Positions 19,116 through 28,636 of a DNA stretch of 32,765 nt are shown one piece after another; positions within the stretch are counted from its first letter, which is position 1; every line of letters starts with the position of its first letter. The notes beneath the pieces were generated by a model, which had not been told where the DNA came from, searched no databases, and saw nothing but the letters and a program-made list of their open reading frames with translations. Made by a program: the position numbers and the translations under genes. The DNA comes from an uncultured Bacilli bacterium (GTDB lineage Bacteria > Bacillota_I > Bacilli_A > RF39 > UBA660). The stretch spans positions 1 through 32,765 of the forward strand of contig CALVVI010000003.1 of assembly GCA_944363815.1 (NCBI GenBank), in the 5' to 3' direction.

Positions 19116-19364
19116 TTATTTATCTTTTTCATCAAGTGGTTCAAACAAAACTCTTATATCTATTCCAAGTACTTTAGCAAATGTCCATATAGTACCAAGA
19201 CTAAATGTTTGTTTATAGTTAGGACTTTCTATATTCATAATAAATCCTTCACTATAGTTACACATCATAGCAAATTTAGTTATCGTTAGGTTCTTTAATT
19301 TACGCTGCTTCTTTAAATTTTGTCCAACAAGATAGTAGATATAGTTTTCATCATTTTTATTCAT
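19116..19364 (-). CDS. XRE-family HTH regulator
   Basis: VGQNLKKQRKLKNLTITKFA...IES...SLGTIWTFAKVLGIDIRVLF. Confidence 0.85.
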   Translation of the reverse strand: MNKNDENYIYYLVGQNLKKQRKLKNLTITKFAMMCNYSEGFIMNIESPNYKQTFSLGTIWTFAKVLGIDIRVLFEPLDEKDK

Positions 19365-19477
19365 AAAAATTAATACCTCATCTTCCTATTAACAATTTTC
19401 TCATTTAATAAGTGAATTAATTTCACCTATTAGGTGATATTTGTGCTATAATAAAAATAAATAATAGGAGTGAGATA

Positions 19478-20502
19478 ATGAATTTAAAATTGAATGTCAA
19501 AAAGAGAAGAGCGGTAATTATAGTAAGCGCACTAGTTTTATTTATTGGTATGCCAATGTAACAGCAGATACAACAGATAACCTACGATTTAATGTAGATA
19601 AAGATATTTATTTAAATCCAACCCAATTTAATGTAGTTGAAGGTGGAGATAATTTATCAGATACAGCAGTAGGAACAGCAACCCTTCTTGCTAATTCAAC
19701 TACTAATAATTTTTCCACAACATATTATGTTTATTTTCAAATAAATTCTAATAATTATATTTATACAACAGAAGAACAAACACCAGAAATAATTTTAACT
19801 ATAACTAATCCAAATGGAGAAGAAGTAACAAGTGTAGATGGACTAGATTATATAGATTCAGGAGAAGTAACAGGATTTGATATAACAACCAAAACAGGAT
19901 TTTATAATATTGCAGAATTATATGAGATAACATCAGCATCAAGTATAAATGCAACAAAACAAGAATGGACATTTACAGTAACATTTATGAATTTAGATAC
20001 AAATCAAGCTGAAAATGGAGGAAAAACTTTAGAAGCAGAAATTATATTAAGTAGAGAAGAAAAGGTAACCCTTGCAAATTATATAATAGACAATGTATAT
20101 GTAGAAGATGGAGTAAACGGATTATATTACCATGATGGAGTTGGAACATATACAAATGCAGAATTAGAAGCTGAGGATAATGCATATCGATTTGCAGGTG
20201 GAGATTATGAAATAACTGATTCACATTTAGATACATATAGTCATATATATAATGAAATTGTTTTAGCAAATTGTGATAATGAATTACAATCAATTGGTAA
20301 TGTGGATTGCGATTCTGGTAATTTATATTTTACGTTAGCGTACGATTCGTCAAGAACTCAATATTCCACAATGGAAAGTGCATTAGAAAAGGCTATAGAG
20401 GAAGGATATATAACGAAAAATAACGTTAAAAATAATATTCTAATTTATCTGTTTGAACAGATAATTTCGCATTGCTTAAAAAAATTTAATCTATCGACTT
20501 AG
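19478..20502 (+). pseudogene. Frameshifted and C-terminally truncated paralog of the DGR target gene
   Basis: ATG 19478 with RBS starts a signal peptide that stops at 19561. A different frame from ~19555 encodes NVTADTTDNLRF...YYVYF...TGFDITT...QEW...NLDTNQ...LYYHDGVGTYTNA...YRFAG, homologous to 139-1632. It ends before the VR domain. Confidence 0.85.
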
Positions 20503-20551
20503 AACGACAAATTAGTCGTTCTTTTTTGTGTATAATCATATTGTGATTAAT

Positions 20552-21349
20552 ATGAAAATATATTTAGACTTAGTATTTATGCTTAATTTTATATATGATT
20601 TACTTTTGATGATGACTGTTGATATAACACTAAAAAGGCATACTAAGTTACGAAAGTTAATATTTAGTGCTATTCTCGGAGCATTATCCCTAGCTATTTT
20701 ATTCCTTCCATGTGGGGAAATAATATTATTTATTCTTAAGGTGGTTACTAGTGCTCTTATGATATTAATTGCTTTTGGATATAAAAACATTAAATATTTT
20801 TGTACTAATATGATTTATTTATACATGACTAGTGTAATACTCGGAGGATTCTTATATTTTTTAAATGTAGAATTTAGTTATAAAAGAGAAGGAATGGTTT
20901 TTTATTTTGATGGCATGAGTGTTAATTATATTTTACTTTTGATTATTGCACCAGTAATATTGTTTTTGTATGTAAGGGAACATAAAAGATTTAAGAGTAC
21001 ATATAATTATAATTATCGAGTAAGTATTGTTTTTAAAAATGGTAAATGTTTGGAATGTAATGGATTTTTGGATACTGGAAATAAATTAAAAGATCCAATA
21101 ACTAAAAAATATGTTGTACTTGTTAATAAAAAAGTATTAGTACCATATATAAATATAAGAAGTCCTATGTATGTAACTTATAAAACTGTTGGGTATCAAG
21201 GGTTAATTGAGTGTTTTAGTATTAGATATATTAAAGTAAATAATCAGATATTTAAAAATTATTTGGTGGGTATCATACCTGAGAAAATAAATTTAAATGG
21301 CAGTGATTGTTTACTTAATTATAAATTAATGGAGGATATAAATGTTTAG
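20552..21349 (+). CDS. spoIIGA: Sigma-E processing peptidase SpoIIGA
   Basis: IYLDLVFMLNF, five TM segments, FLDTGNKLKDP aspartyl motif; directly upstream of sigE. Confidence 0.93.
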   Translation: MKIYLDLVFMLNFIYDLLLMMTVDITLKRHTKLRKLIFSAILGALSLAILFLPCGEIILFILKVVTSALMILIAFGYKNIKYFCTNMIYLYMTSVILGGFLYFLNVEFSYKREGMVFYFDGMSVNYILLLIIAPVILFLYVREHKRFKSTYNYNYRVSIVFKNGKCLECNGFLDTGNKLKDPITKKYVVLVNKKVLVPYINIRSPMYVTYKTVGYQGLIECFSIRYIKVNNQIFKNYLVGIIPEKINLNGSDCLLNYKLMEDINV

Positions 21350-22022
21350 AAAATTAATTGAGTTTTTAAAAGCAAAGTATAATGAAGTCTTTTTTGTGGG
21401 GGCAACTGATAAATTGCCACCACCACTTAGTAAGGAAGAAGAATTAGCATATTTAATTAAAGCACAGCAAGGAGATACTGATTCTAGAAATAAGTTAATT
21501 GAGCATAATTTAAGATTAGTTGTTTTTTTAGCTAAAAAATATGAAAATACTACTTATGATATTGAAGATTTAGTAAGTATTGGGTCGATTGGTTTAATTA
21601 AAGGTATTAATACGTATAAAATTGATAAAAATATTAAGCTTGCTACTTATGCTTCTAGATGTATAAGTAATGAAATATTAATGTTTCTAAGAAAGAATAA
21701 AAGAAAGAGAAGTGAAGTATCACTAGAAGAAGCCTTAAATTATGATAGTGAAGGTAATGAACTACATTTAGAAGATATTTTAGGGACTGATGCCGAATTA
21801 GTTCCTAAAGAGTATGAAAAAAAGGTTGATAAAGAATTGTTGAGTAGAGAAATTGAAGCCCTTAGTCCAAGGGATAAAGAAATTATGACTTTAAGATATG
21901 GACTTAATAATACAGTGGAGTATACGCAAAAAGAAGTAGCAGAAATGTTAGGAATTAGTCAATCCTATATTTCAAGAATTGAAAAAAAAGTGGTAAGAAA
22001 ATTAAGTCAGGTTATGCATTAA
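21342..22022 (+). CDS. sigE: Sporulation sigma factor E (pro-sigma-E)
   Basis: LPPPLSKEEE, LIEHNLRLVV, KLATYASRCI, GISQSYISRIEK. Confidence 0.93.
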   Translation: MFRKLIEFLKAKYNEVFFVGATDKLPPPLSKEEELAYLIKAQQGDTDSRNKLIEHNLRLVVFLAKKYENTTYDIEDLVSIGSIGLIKGINTYKIDKNIKLATYASRCISNEILMFLRKNKRKRSEVSLEEALNYDSEGNELHLEDILGTDAELVPKEYEKKVDKELLSREIEALSPRDKEIMTLRYGLNNTVEYTQKEVAEMLGISQSYISRIEKKVVRKLSQVMH

Positions 22023-22450
22023 TTTTTCTTACCAAGTAATTCGTCGATAGAGACATGATACTTTTTAGCAATAGCATATAAAAAGTCAGTTTTAATTAAG
22101 ACTTTTCCAGTTTCATAAGCAGAATAAGTTGAAGATGTTGTATTTAATGAGATAAAAATATCTTTTTGAACTAAGTTATGCATTTTGCGAAGAATCCGTA
22201 AATTTTTTCCAACAACTTTGGCATCTAAATCAATAACTCTATATTTACTAGTAGCGTTTGATAGTCCTGTTAAGTAGTCAATACTAACTTTATAATAATC
22301 ACTAAGCTTATTTAAACGTCTTAGAGGAATAGTATCTTTACCTGTTTCCCATCCGGCATAAGTAGATCTTTCAACATTTAAAATTTTGGCTATTTGTTTT
22401 TGGGTAAGATTATGTTCTTCCCGTATTTCTCGAAGTCTTTCAAATTTCAT
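22019..22450 (-). CDS. Tandem double XRE-HTH regulator
   Basis: Two HTH_3-like repeats (LREIREEHNLTQKQIA...WETG; LRILRKMHNLVQKDI...YETG). Confidence 0.85.
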   Translation of the reverse strand: MKFERLREIREEHNLTQKQIAKILNVERSTYAGWETGKDTIPLRRLNKLSDYYKVSIDYLTGLSNATSKYRVIDLDAKVVGKNLRILRKMHNLVQKDIFISLNTTSSTYSAYETGKVLIKTDFLYAIAKKYHVSIDELLGKKN

Positions 22451-22554
22451 GTAATCACCGAATTTATTTTCTCATTAATATTATTATTTTCTAGAAAACG
22501 TGGGAAAATACGAGAAAATGTGTTATTATTAAATTAAGATAAGGGAATGATTTT

Positions 22555-23046
22555 ATGATTAAAATTACAGATAGTAAAGAAACAATAATTTTAACTAAGG
22601 AAGATATTTTGATAATTGATAATTACATTATAATTAAGCCTATTCATAAATATTGGGTAGTAAAATTATTTATTGTGGTTGAAAAAGGATTTTTAAAAGA
22701 GATTATTAAAGCTTATGATATCGAGGAAGAACCTTTAGATCGGTTTAAAAGTAAAACTAAATTATCTGATACTTTGGTGCTTAGTGAAGGTGATTTTAAA
22801 AGATTTAAGAAGTTATATGAAAATATGCATAATAAAATTGATTATCGGAAAAAAGCAATTATTAAAGCATATAGTGAATTATTAAGTTATGAATATTTTC
22901 AAGCAACTGTATTAGAAGATAATCCGGGAATTACAATGGAAGAATTATTTGAAGATTTAGGGGATAGTTATAATTATGAGAAGTGTAAAGAAGAGATAAT
23001 TGATTTAAGTAAAAAATATATTAAGGATAAGTATAATATAAAGTAG
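22555..23046 (+). CDS. Hypothetical protein
   Basis: 163-aa ORF with RBS; no motif recognised. Confidence 0.6.
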   Translation: MIKITDSKETIILTKEDILIIDNYIIIKPIHKYWVVKLFIVVEKGFLKEIIKAYDIEEEPLDRFKSKTKLSDTLVLSEGDFKRFKKLYENMHNKIDYRKKAIIKAYSELLSYEYFQATVLEDNPGITMEELFEDLGDSYNYEKCKEEIIDLSKKYIKDKYNIK

Positions 23047-23099
23047 GTTGTATAAAATTTACTCCTTTTAGACAAAATATTGTTTGAAAGGAGTTTTAA

Positions 23100-23876
23100 A
23101 TGTCTAAATATAAAGTGGATATAACTGGTATTAATACAAGTGAAATAAAAGTGCTTACTAATGAAGAAATGACTGAATTATTTGTTTTATATCAGCAAGG
23201 TGATATTAGTGCGAAAGAAAAATTAATTAGCGGGAACTTAAAACTAGTGTTAAGTATTTTAAGGTCTTTTAATCGCAGTGATATTAATTTAGATGATTTG
23301 TTTCAGGTTGGAGTGATTGGACTTATTAAAGCAATAGATAATTTTGATCTTTCTTATGGACTTAAATTAAGTACTTATGCTGTACCTTTAATTATTGGTG
23401 AGATTAAAAGGTATATAAGGGATAATACAGCAATGCGGGTAAGTAGAAGTATTAAAGATTTGGCTTATCAAATTATTAAATTTAAAGATGCTTACATGGC
23501 TAAAAATGGAATAGAGCCAAAATATAGTGTAATTGCCACTGAACTTGGAATTGAAGAATATAAGATAGCTTTTGCATTAGATGCTTTAAAAGATCCAACT
23601 AGTATATTTGAACCAATTTATAATGATGGGGGAGATACAATTTACTTATTTGATCAAATTGCTGATAATAAAGATAAAAATAGTGATAAAGATATGTTAA
23701 TTTCATTAAGAAGAGCATTATTAAAAATTAAAGAAAGAGAAAAATCTATTTTGTTGGAAAGATTTATTGTTGGAAAAACTCAAATGGAAATTGCAAATGA
23801 ACTAGGTATAAGCCAAGCTCAAGTATCACGGATTGAAAAAAGTGCCATAGAAAATGTTCGGAAATTAATTAAGTAA
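23100..23876 (+). CDS. sigG: Sporulation sigma factor G
   Basis: KVDITGINTS, DDLFQVGVIGLIKAIDNFD, EPIYNDGGDTIY, GKTQMEIA...GISQAQVSR. Confidence 0.95.
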   Translation: MSKYKVDITGINTSEIKVLTNEEMTELFVLYQQGDISAKEKLISGNLKLVLSILRSFNRSDINLDDLFQVGVIGLIKAIDNFDLSYGLKLSTYAVPLIIGEIKRYIRDNTAMRVSRSIKDLAYQIIKFKDAYMAKNGIEPKYSVIATELGIEEYKIAFALDALKDPTSIFEPIYNDGGDTIYLFDQIADNKDKNSDKDMLISLRRALLKIKEREKSILLERFIVGKTQMEIANELGISQAQVSRIEKSAIENVRKLIK

Positions 23877-23904
23877 ATAAAACATATAATTAAGTGGTGA
23901 TTAT

Positions 23905-24126
23905 ATGTTTTTAAGTGAACTTCAAAATAAAGATATTATTAGTGTTAAAAGTGGAGCAAATTTAGGACGAATAGTTGATGTTGAAGTAAATGAAATGGGG
24001 CAAGTTATTGGTTTTGTGGCGGAAGAAAAAAAGTTTTTTCGAAAAGTACTAAAAAATAGTGAAATTACTTTTGGATTTAAAGATATTGCGAAGATTGGTG
24101 CAGATGTAATACTAGTAAATAAATGA
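23905..24126 (+). CDS. ylmC: YlmC/YmxH-family PRC-barrel sporulation protein
   Basis: LSELQNKDII...G.NLGRIVDVE...KIGADVILV; follows sigG. Confidence 0.88.
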   Translation: MFLSELQNKDIISVKSGANLGRIVDVEVNEMGQVIGFVAEEKKFFRKVLKNSEITFGFKDIAKIGADVILVNK

Positions 24127-24147
24127 GTTTTATGGTATATTATATTT

Positions 24148-24627
24148 ATGAGAAAAAAAAGTTTAATTGTTGCTGGTTTTATTTTGTTAATTGACCAAAT
24201 TGTTAAATATAGTATTGATAAAAAAATTCTTTTGGGAAAATTAAAGACAGTAATTCCTAATTTTTTTTATGTAAGTAAAGTTTATAATGATGGAGCAGCT
24301 TGGAGTATGTTAGCTGGGTCAACTATTTTTTTGGCAATTATGGCGATATTAGCTTTGGCTTTTTTACTGGCTTATCAAAGTAAATTTCTGGCTAATTGGC
24401 GAAATATGTTAGCTTTTGGTTTGGTATATGGTGGTCTTTTAGGCAATTTACTTGATCGAATTATTCATGGTTATGTGATAGATTATTTGAAATTAAACTT
24501 TGGTAGCTATAATTTTCCAATCTTTAATTTGGCGGATGTAGCTATAGTTAGTGGGGTTATATTAATAATTATTGCGATATTGAAAGGTGAAGATAGAAAT
24601 GGAAGTAGTAGTTCGCGAAAATGCTGA
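24148..24627 (+). CDS. lspA: Lipoprotein signal peptidase II
   Basis: DQIVK, NDGAAWS, GNLLDRI, VIDY, FPIFNLAD. Confidence 0.95.
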   Translation: MRKKSLIVAGFILLIDQIVKYSIDKKILLGKLKTVIPNFFYVSKVYNDGAAWSMLAGSTIFLAIMAILALAFLLAYQSKFLANWRNMLAFGLVYGGLLGNLLDRIIHGYVIDYLKLNFGSYNFPIFNLADVAIVSGVILIIIAILKGEDRNGSSSSRKC

Positions 24628-25492
24628 AGTAAGAATAGATAAATATTTAGCATCTGTAACTGATTATAGTAGAGAATTAATTGGTAAAATGCTAAATGAT
24701 GATTATATTTTGGTAAATCAAAAAAAGGTTAAGGGGAGTTATAAAGTAAAATGTGGGGATGTTATAGATATTAAAGATGGTTATGTTCAAGAACTTAATG
24801 TGTTACCTAAAAAAATGGAACTTGATATTGTTTATGAAGATGCTTATTTAATGGTTATCAATAAGCCTAGTGGTTTAGTTGTTCATCCTGGTAATGGAAA
24901 TTATGATAATACTTTAGTTAATGGGCTTATGTATTATACGCAAAGTTTAAGTGATGCTGGTGGTGAGTTTCGGCCAGGGATAGTTCATAGATTAGATAAA
25001 GATACAAGTGGTCTTATGTTAGTAGCTAAGGATAATAAGACACATGAACTTTTGGCGGATGATTTTAAAAATAAAAGAATCCATCGAGAATATATTGCAT
25101 TACTTGATGGAGTTTTACCAGAAAATTCTGCAATAATTGATGCTCCACTGGAAAGAAGTGTGGATAATTATCAAAAATTTGCTGTGCGAGCAACAGGTAA
25201 AAAAGCAATTACTCATTTGAGAGTTTTAAAAAAATATACAGATTACACTTTAGTAAAATTAGTGCTTGAAACGGGAAGAACGCATCAAATAAGAGTACAT
25301 ATGGCTTATATTGGGTATCCTGTTCATAATGATCCGGTTTATAATAATAAAAAAAGTGATGAATTTGGTCAGTTCTTACATTCTTATTATTTAAAATTTG
25401 AACATCCAATTACAAAAAATGTTTTGGAATTTACTTCTAATTTACCTCAAGAATTTCAAAGTTTTCTAGATACTTTGGATAAAAGTAATTAA
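24599..25492 (+). CDS. rluD: RluA/RluD-family pseudouridine synthase
   Basis: S4 domain, NKPSGLVVHP, IVHRLDKDTSG, LETGRTHQIRVH. Confidence 0.92.
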   Translation: MEVVVRENAEVRIDKYLASVTDYSRELIGKMLNDDYILVNQKKVKGSYKVKCGDVIDIKDGYVQELNVLPKKMELDIVYEDAYLMVINKPSGLVVHPGNGNYDNTLVNGLMYYTQSLSDAGGEFRPGIVHRLDKDTSGLMLVAKDNKTHELLADDFKNKRIHREYIALLDGVLPENSAIIDAPLERSVDNYQKFAVRATGKKAITHLRVLKKYTDYTLVKLVLETGRTHQIRVHMAYIGYPVHNDPVYNNKKSDEFGQFLHSYYLKFEHPITKNVLEFTSNLPQEFQSFLDTLDKSN

Positions 25493-25804
25493 AATGTATA
25501 CAAAGGTAAAACTGTTTAGTAGTAGGTAAGGAACTGAGGAAAGAGAGTAAAAGCCAAATAACGTTTTAAAGTCTTTTATTAAAAGAATGGCAAAAATAAG
25601 AAGAAAAAATATAGCTATTAAGCTAAATAAGAGATTAGAGAAATATCCCCAGAATATAGCTACAGCGATATTTAAAATATAATTAGTTAAAAGTAAAAAT
25701 AGAGTATTTTCATTTAAAATATTATATTTTACTATTTTAAAAATAGGGAATAAAAGTAAAGTGATTGCAGCAATGTAAAGTAGAAAATATAGCAAGTTGC
25801 TCAC
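25466..25804 (-). CDS. Small integral membrane protein (possibly truncated TspO/MBR-like)
   Basis: GTG start with GAGG RBS; four hydrophobic segments; VPYLL motif near the C-terminus. Confidence 0.5.
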   Translation of the reverse strand: MSNLLYFLLYIAAITLLLFPIFKIVKYNILNENTLFLLLTNYILNIAVAIFWGYFSNLLFSLIAIFFLLIFAILLIKDFKTLFGFYSLSSVPYLLLNSFTFVYILITFIQSI

Positions 25805-25855
25805 CTCTTTACTAAATATATGTTTTATTGTAAAATAATAGAACGAGGTGGTTTA

Positions 25856-27016
25856 ATGACTTCTGTAATGATTCGTAAGAATGATCAAATAATGATGAGT
25901 TTAGTTCATTATTTTGTTACGAAAGAAAATTATTCTCCGATTCACGTCCAAGGGGTTAAAGATGAAATTTGGTTAGAAAATTTAAATGGTCCTTATCGGG
26001 TAATCCGGATTAGTTGTAATTCAATTATAAATGAAGAACAATATAATTTTGATATATTTAAAATGCAACATATTATTAAACAAATAAAAAGGAAAACATT
26101 ATCTTTAAAAATGAATGCCTTAAATATTTGCTTAGATATGAGTGATCGGGTGAAATATAATAATGCCGGAAATATTGCTACAATTAATGTTTCTTCATTA
26201 AATGAAATAAAGAAGAATCCTGCTTTACAGGAAATATTTCCTAATTTGAAAAACGAACTTATAGAAACAAAAGATGGTTTAGATTTAATTATAAATGTTA
26301 CTAATGATATAAATGCTAAGACAGAAAAAGAAAATAAGTTATTTGCTAAAGTATTTTCACCGAAAAAGATAGTTTTTACGAAAATAATTATTTTAGCTTG
26401 TATTGTTATGTATTTCGTTTTAGCTTTTAACAATAAAAATCCTCTTAATTTTAGTGCTATTTCCTTAGCTTATTTTGGAGGCAATAATTTGGCTTTAGTG
26501 CAAAGTGGAGAAGTATGGCGAGTTATTATAAGTGCTTTTTTACATGCAGGGTTAATTCATTTAGTAGTTAATATGTATTCTCTAGCTATTATTGGAACCC
26601 AAGTAGAAACTTTTATTGGAAAATGGAAGTTTTTAGGTATTTATTTAATTAGTGCTATTAGTGGTAATTTGTTATCATTAACTTTTAGTTCTGTCAATAT
26701 TATTTCTGTTGGGGCTAGTGGAGCTTTATTTGGTTTGATGGGAGCATTACTATATTTTGGATATCATTATCGTTTATATTTGAGTGAGGCTATAAGAAAC
26801 CAAATTGTACCAATAATATTAGTCAATTTGTTATTAGGATTTATGATAAGTGGTATTGACAATGTTGCTCATATCGGTGGCTTAATCGGTGGGTATTTAG
26901 CATCTATGGCTTTTGGTATTGAAAACAAAAGTACAAAAAAAGATATGATTAACGGTTGGATTGTCTTAATCCTTTATATAGCGTTTTTAAGTTATATAGT
27001 ATTTTTTGTAAAATAA
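25856..27016 (+). CDS. Rhomboid family intramembrane serine protease (GluP/YqgP-like)
   Basis: WRVIISAFLHAGLIHL, VGASGALFG, AHIGGLIGG. Confidence 0.92.
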   Translation: MTSVMIRKNDQIMMSLVHYFVTKENYSPIHVQGVKDEIWLENLNGPYRVIRISCNSIINEEQYNFDIFKMQHIIKQIKRKTLSLKMNALNICLDMSDRVKYNNAGNIATINVSSLNEIKKNPALQEIFPNLKNELIETKDGLDLIINVTNDINAKTEKENKLFAKVFSPKKIVFTKIIILACIVMYFVLAFNNKNPLNFSAISLAYFGGNNLALVQSGEVWRVIISAFLHAGLIHLVVNMYSLAIIGTQVETFIGKWKFLGIYLISAISGNLLSLTFSSVNIISVGASGALFGLMGALLYFGYHYRLYLSEAIRNQIVPIILVNLLLGFMISGIDNVAHIGGLIGGYLASMAFGIENKSTKKDMINGWIVLILYIAFLSYIVFFVK

Positions 27017-27092
27017 AAAACTTGGTAGACAAACTGGTTTTCCGGAAACTTTCGGAAGAACCGACAAACTATCAAGTTTTTAAATGCTTTAA

Positions 27093-27168
27093 TGGCGTCC
27101 CCGAATGGAATCGAACCATCACTCTAACCCTTAGGAGGGGCTTGTTTTATCCATTAAACTACGGGGAC
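27093..27168 (-). tRNA. tRNA-Arg (CCT)
   Basis: GTCCCCG acceptor stem, anticodon loop CT-CCT-AA, GGTTCGATTCC T-arm, encoded 3' CCA. Confidence 0.93.
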
Positions 27169-27182
27169 TTACCATTATCTTA

Positions 27183-28328
27183 TCACATCTTGCGATTATT
27201 TAAAAGTTTTTCTGTTAATTCTAATATCTTTTTAGTTGCTTCGTTTTTATCGTGTTTGCTAATGTTTTCATGCCATTTTTGAATTATTTTTTCATTTTTA
27301 ACAGTTTTTTTAACTACTCTTGCTAATCCCCAAGGACTAATTACTTTACAGCCATATTTTTTTTTAGTGATAAATTTGGCATTATATTTTTCTGGGCCAC
27401 CATTTCCAGGGATAAGTATTAAAGGAACTTTCATATCGATACATTCGGTTAAAGTAGCTCCTCCAGGCTTACTTATTACAATATTGCTAATATTTAAAAG
27501 ATTGTAAACGTTAACAAAACCTAGGATTTTTACATTGTTTATTTTTTTCTTTAAGCAATAGTTTCTAGCTTTTTCCTCTAATTTTTGATTTTTCCCGCTA
27601 ATAAATATTATGTTTATAGGCAAATCTTGTTTAATTAGGGCTTTTAAGTAATCAAAGCTAGCTAAAGACCCCATGGCTCCACCCCCGAAGAAAAGATAGG
27701 TTTTTTTCGATTGGTCGAGGCCATATTTAAAATAAGTTTCTTCTTTGCTAGCTAAATTTTCAACTTGTTTACGGTCAAATGGTAAACCAAATGAATATAT
27801 TTTTTCAGGGTTAATACCTTTTTTTACCATTTCATTTTTAACTATTTCATTGGCAACTATAAAAGCGTCTTGACTTTTATGATCTTTTCGCCAGTAACTA
27901 TGGGATACATAGTCGGTTATAACAGTCATAATTAAAGAATTAGTAAGACCGATTTTATTATAATAAGAAATGATATTGCCTCCAAAAAAATGGGTGGAAA
28001 TAGTTAAATCAGGATTAATTTTGACTATTTCGTTCCGCAATTTTTTATTATCAAATAATTTTTTAACTAATTTCATTTGACTTAGACTAGCCAGTTTATT
28101 ATCAGCTAAATCATATATAAAACTAAAGGTTTTATGAAAGCTGTGTTTAATAAAAATATCAAACATTTTAATACTAAATTTTCCTAAAATGTTTGAATAT
28201 TTAGCAACGTCTAATACTTCTACTTCAAAATTACCATTTTCTTTAAAATAATTATCTATTTTATCAGCTATAGATTTATGACCAGAGCCATATGGGGCAT
28301 AAATAATTAGAATTTTCTTCTTCATGAA
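27183..28328 (-). CDS. MGDG synthase/UgtP-like diacylglycerol glycosyltransferase (GT28)
   Basis: YGSGHKSIA, PDLTISTH, VITDY, SKPGGATLTE, PEKYNA. Start approximate. Confidence 0.88.
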   Translation of the reverse strand, partial: FMKKKILIIYAPYGSGHKSIADKIDNYFKENGNFEVEVLDVAKYSNILGKFSIKMFDIFIKHSFHKTFSFIYDLADNKLASLSQMKLVKKLFDNKKLRNEIVKINPDLTISTHFFGGNIISYYNKIGLTNSLIMTVITDYVSHSYWRKDHKSQDAFIVANEIVKNEMVKKGINPEKIYSFGLPFDRKQVENLASKEETYFKYGLDQSKKTYLFFGGGAMGSLASFDYLKALIKQDLPINIIFISGKNQKLEEKARNYCLKKKINNVKILGFVNVYNLLNISNIVISKPGGATLTECIDMKVPLILIPGNGGPEKYNAKFITKKKYGCKVISPWGLARVVKKTVKNEKIIQKWHENISKHDKNEATKKILELTEKLLNNRKM

Positions 28329-28377
28329 TATCTTCTCCAATTAAATTATACTACACTCTGAAAGCAAAATCTAGGCA

Positions 28378-28515
28378 CTAATCTTTTAAAGAATAGTTTG
28401 TACCTTGATTTTGACTATTTAAATAATTAAAGCGAGCATTTATTAATAAAACCATTCCTACAATAACTAAATAAAGAAATAAAACTCCACTATACTTTTT
28501 CAAAACATTTTTCAT
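28378..28515 (-). CDS. Unannotated 45-aa single-TM protein divergent from lexA (YneA/SosA position)
   Basis: MKNVLKKYSGVLFLYLVIVGMVLLINARFNYLNSQNQGTNYSLKD; GAGGT RBS; promoter TTGACA (28570-28565)-17-TAAATT. Confidence 0.7.
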   Translation of the reverse strand: MKNVLKKYSGVLFLYLVIVGMVLLINARFNYLNSQNQGTNYSLKD

Positions 28516-28550
28516 TTTAACTACCTCTTCTTTCTGAAAATAATTTATCA

Positions 28551-28593
28551 CGAATATTTGTTTGTGTCAATGTAAAAATTAAACAAATGTTTG
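28551..28593. promoter_or_regulatory. Two Firmicute-type SOS (Cheo) boxes overlapping divergent promoters
   Basis: CGAATATTTGTTTG (28551-28564) and TAAACAAATGTTTG (28580-28593) resemble GAAC-N4-GTTC. The lexA promoter is TTGACT (28591)-17-TAAAAT (28614). Confidence 0.75.
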
Positions 28594-28636
28594 ACTTTTT
28601 ACATTGTTTATTGTAAAATGATTATGGAGGAATAAA

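Noticed and set aside
18888-19289. ORFs 18888-19091(-) and 18894-19289(+) as real proteins
   Set aside because: They are open mainly because the repeat lacks stops; no convincing RBS, and one overlaps the XRE gene antisense.
19987-20502. Second active DGR target, or an independent 171-aa gene
   Set aside because: No TR-like sequence found in or after it; it is the distal part of a broken paralog starting at 19478.
27093-27168. tRNA as prophage/island attachment site
   Set aside because: No integrase and no duplicated tRNA 3' end seen in the window.
26956-27282. 108-aa ORF
   Set aside because: Overlaps tRNA-Arg and a terminator on the opposite strand; spurious.
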